A stretch of 64,000 nt of DNA from Callorhinchus milii (taxonomy: Eukaryota), in assembly GCF_018977255.1 (NCBI RefSeq), contig NW_024704742.1:136526001-136590000 (forward strand). Reading direction: 5' to 3'. How positions within the stretch are numbered: position 1 is the stretch's first letter; each line of letters opens with the position of its first letter. A model generated the notes under the pieces. It was not told the origin of the DNA and did not search any database. It worked only from the letters and a program-made list of their open reading frames with translations. Below, in pieces: positions 60,531-64,000 of this stretch. Both the position numbers and the translations under genes were made by a program.

Positions 60531-63500
60531 TCCTATTATTGTTATTATTAGTATAATAATAACTAATTATACTAATTATAACTAATATTCTTCGCCCAAA
60601 GAATTGAGCAAAGGAAGGATGTTGGAAGGTTATGGGAAAAGAGCAGCGAATTAATAATAATATAATTGCTGACAAATGTGTCAGTAGCGTCATGGTTAGA
60701 GCACTCATCTCACAAGCGAGAAGACCTGGGTTTGATTCCCAGGCAGGGTGAAACCTTAGGAAAGTTTCCTTACTCCACACTCCTCTGTTTACCTACAGTA
60801 AGTAGGAACCCGGTTGATTCGATGAGCGGAATGGTAATAATCCCTCAAAAAAAAATTTTGTTCGCTCAATCCACAACTATCTGTGCGTGCAATTATTTTT
60901 AATTAACCTTGAAGTCTTTATTTTTTGTTTTAAGAAAATTGTCAACATTTAAATAGAGCCTAGATAGCATTGGGGTCTGTGAAATGCTGACTGCCTCCTC
61001 ATGTTCCTGCAATGCTTTACAAGAAAGTTAGACCTATCGGGAATACGATAATATTTGGGGAGATTTAACAAAGAATTGGGCAAAGCAAGGGCGTTGGAAG
61101 GTATGGGAAAAGAGCAGCAAAATAATATTACCAGCATTTGATATAATGTCTTTTCACATCGATGAGACGTCTCAAAGTGCTTCACAGGATATACTTTAAA
61201 GTGGATTGACTGTGTATTTTGTGGGCAAAACTGGAATTGGGATTATAGTGGACGGCCTCTTGATTATGGATTACACAAATGCCCCCAAATTTGCCCAAAT
61301 GGTCTTTTTCTTTGTACATTTCCATCGTTCTACGATAGGTCTCTGTGTTTACCAAGTGTTTGGTGACACTTAGTGGTTAAACAACAATACTGCATTTTAT
61401 TATAATAATCCTTGCATTTGTTATAGCGCCTTATCATGCCTTCGAGACGTCTTAAAGCGCTTCATAGAATATACTGTAAGGTGTAGTGACTGTATGTTTC
61501 GTGGGGGAAACGCGGCAGCCAATTGCGTAAACCGGCGTCCCACAAACAGTCGTGGATTGAGTGACTTTTATTTATTTATTGGAGGAATTATCTTATTATT
61601 ACTGTATTGATAATCTTTATGTTTTACTAGAACATGGAATGATTTGATACAAGTGGCTTCTGTGTGTCCAGTTCAACCCCCAGCTGTCCTACCTTCCCCG
61701 CATCCTATCCCTGACCAGGACCGCCTTCCTCCACCTCCGCCACATTGCCCGCCTCTGACCATACCATACCCCAAATGCAGCCGTAACCCTCATGCATGCA
61801 TTTTTCACCTCTCGCCTGGATTACTCAAACGCTCTCCTCGCCGGTTTCCCCAGCTCCAGTATTCAAAAGGTCCAGCTCGTTCAGAACTCTGCCGCCCACA
61901 TACTGACCCGGACCAAACTCCGTACCCACATCTCAACAGTTCTGGCCCAGGCTCCACTGGCTCCCCATCACCGAACGGATCCACTTCAACATCCTCACTC
62001 TCATGTTCAATCCCTTCGCTCCCTGGCAGAAGTATCAACAAAATGTAAAAAAGGAATTTCATAAGCGTTTGACAGAGAGGCCAAATACCACACTGGGAAA
62101 GAGAAAGGAATTGGGATTAGATTGCTTTAGATAGTTCCAGGAGGTCAGATAGGACCTATATATATTCAATGACAGAATAATAATTGTATTATAACTGTAA
62201 TTCTTATTAATAATAATGATATTATTATAATTTTTGATATAGTAGGTTAACATGTCACTGAGACATCTCAAAGCATTTCACAGATATGCTCTGAAGTGGT
62301 ATATAAACATGGGAGTTAATTTTGTGCACCTCAATGTCCTGCACACAGAAAAATCACAGGATAATACTGCTAAATAATTTGCTGACTGTACCAAGCATTG
62401 GCCAGGTGACTGCTGCAAGGAGGATTAATTGTGTTTAAAAAGATATGGGGAAATAGCGTGATTTCCTGAAAGTATTCCTTCATGCCCTGGCACCTCCCTA
62501 CCTCTCCAACCTGCTTATCCCTCCAACCCACCACCCGCTGCCTCCGCTTGACTGTCTCCGGCCTGCTGCATGTCCCTTGTGCCTTCCGTTCGACCATTGG
62601 TGGCCCCACTTTCAGCCCTGAAACTCTGGAACACTCTTCCTCTATCCCTCCGCATTGCCCCTTCCTTCCCCATCTTCAGATCGCGCCTGAAGACCTTCCT
62701 ATTTGACTGTGCCTACAGTCGCATCCCCTTCCACCCCCGGCTCGGCATCATGTTCCGCCACTGTCAAGTGCTCTGGGACTCTACCCAGAGGGGCAAGTTG
62801 TTATAATACAAATGACCTCTTTCTATGAGGCTATGGGGTATAATTGGGCTACTAGGAGAGTTGCATTAAACATGTGACTGCTGGAAAATTTGGTTGCAGT
62901 TGGGAAGTAAGTGAGTGGCTACTTGGACCAAGTTAGTGATGGATAGATGGAGAGGCCATGACGGAGCGTGTCACTGGGTGAGGTGTATGGGAGATTGTGG
63001 CTTTTCAAGGTGTTGTGTGTGCACTGCTCTGACCTTTCTCCTACTCTGTGGTTCCTCCTCAGGCTGTGACACACGAATAGTTGAACTATCGACCAATTGC
63101 TCGCCACTGAGTTAACTTTTGTTTTGATCAGTCAGGTATCTGACTCATGGAGAAACCTTTCACCCTGGTTATGGCTATCCAAATCAAACTGGAAATTCCA
63201 TTCATCCATCCCACCTACACAAGGGAATTCCAGAGATATTTATTCAAATGGAATGCCCACTCTCTAACTGGACACATCCTGCTTACCCCATTCCAGAAAA
63301 TATTAGGCGCAAGTTGGCAAGAGCCAAGGCTTGGGGTGAGCCCAGAGTGTGTGTCTAACCAGCTAAAACCGCATAGCTTGCCGTTGATATTGCTGTCTGT
63401 CAAGCTTTCCTGCTACTTGTCCAGCTAGAACCATCCTACCCATTAGGGCTTGCAGGGTTAACAGGAGCTGAGTGGAATGACTCCCTTGCCCCAATCGGCG

Positions 63501-64000
63501 TATCTTTTCAGGTCCTGCCAATGAGCTAGGCTGTCATCAGCAGTGCCCTGGAGTATTGCAGACTCACCTGGCTCACGAACCAGACTACCAAGACCGCCAC
63601 GTTTAGCGGGTTGGCTCAATTCCGATAATCCATTGCCAAAGCTATCATCTTGAAGCCAGTTCATCTCAAGTAGTTCCCGCTTACCTCCCCCCCAAAGAGG
63701 ATAGTCACTTAGTGGTTATAGCACTCGCCTCACAAGCAAGACACCCGGGTTCGATTCCAGGCAGGGCAAAATGTTGGACAAGTTTCCTTACTCCACACGC
63801 CCCTGTTTACCGAGCAGTAAGTAGGCACCCGGTTGTTAGTTGAATGGCGGATCATTTTTCAGGGGTAATAATTCCTTTTTTAAAAAACATTGGTCACTTC
63901 AATCCATGCCTGTTTGTCGGACATTACAGCACATAATTGGCTCCCACGTTTCGCCCACAAAATATACAGTCAACTCACTTTCCATAGCCCATATGAAACC

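Overview
Repeat-dense vertebrate genomic DNA. The repeat repertoire (Deu-domain tRNA-SINEs, L2 and CR1 LINEs, a Penelope-type repeat) points to a cartilaginous fish, possibly a chimaera; this is inference. One protein-coding gene could be reconstructed: a 10-exon endothelial-lipase-like (LIPG-like) gene on the minus strand. Its CDS runs 54407->35477 (1506 nt, 501 aa), with all introns GT-AG and phase-consistent, an intact Ser-Asp-His triad and a 19-residue LIPG-type lid. It lacks both the conserved N-terminal N-glycosylation sequon and the RxKR convertase cleavage site. Intron 1 holds an internally deleted Helitron with both termini and a ~1.2-kb G-rich minisatellite that produces the spurious long ORFs. 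Positions 1-34000 show no recognisable exons. The best leads are: short Penelope-type insertions carrying minimal hammerhead-ribozyme motifs; a probable non-autonomous L2 derivative; a SINE subfamily whose tail tracks the young L2; and several long unexplained inverted repeats. I cannot demonstrate a wholly new biological system from the sequence alone.
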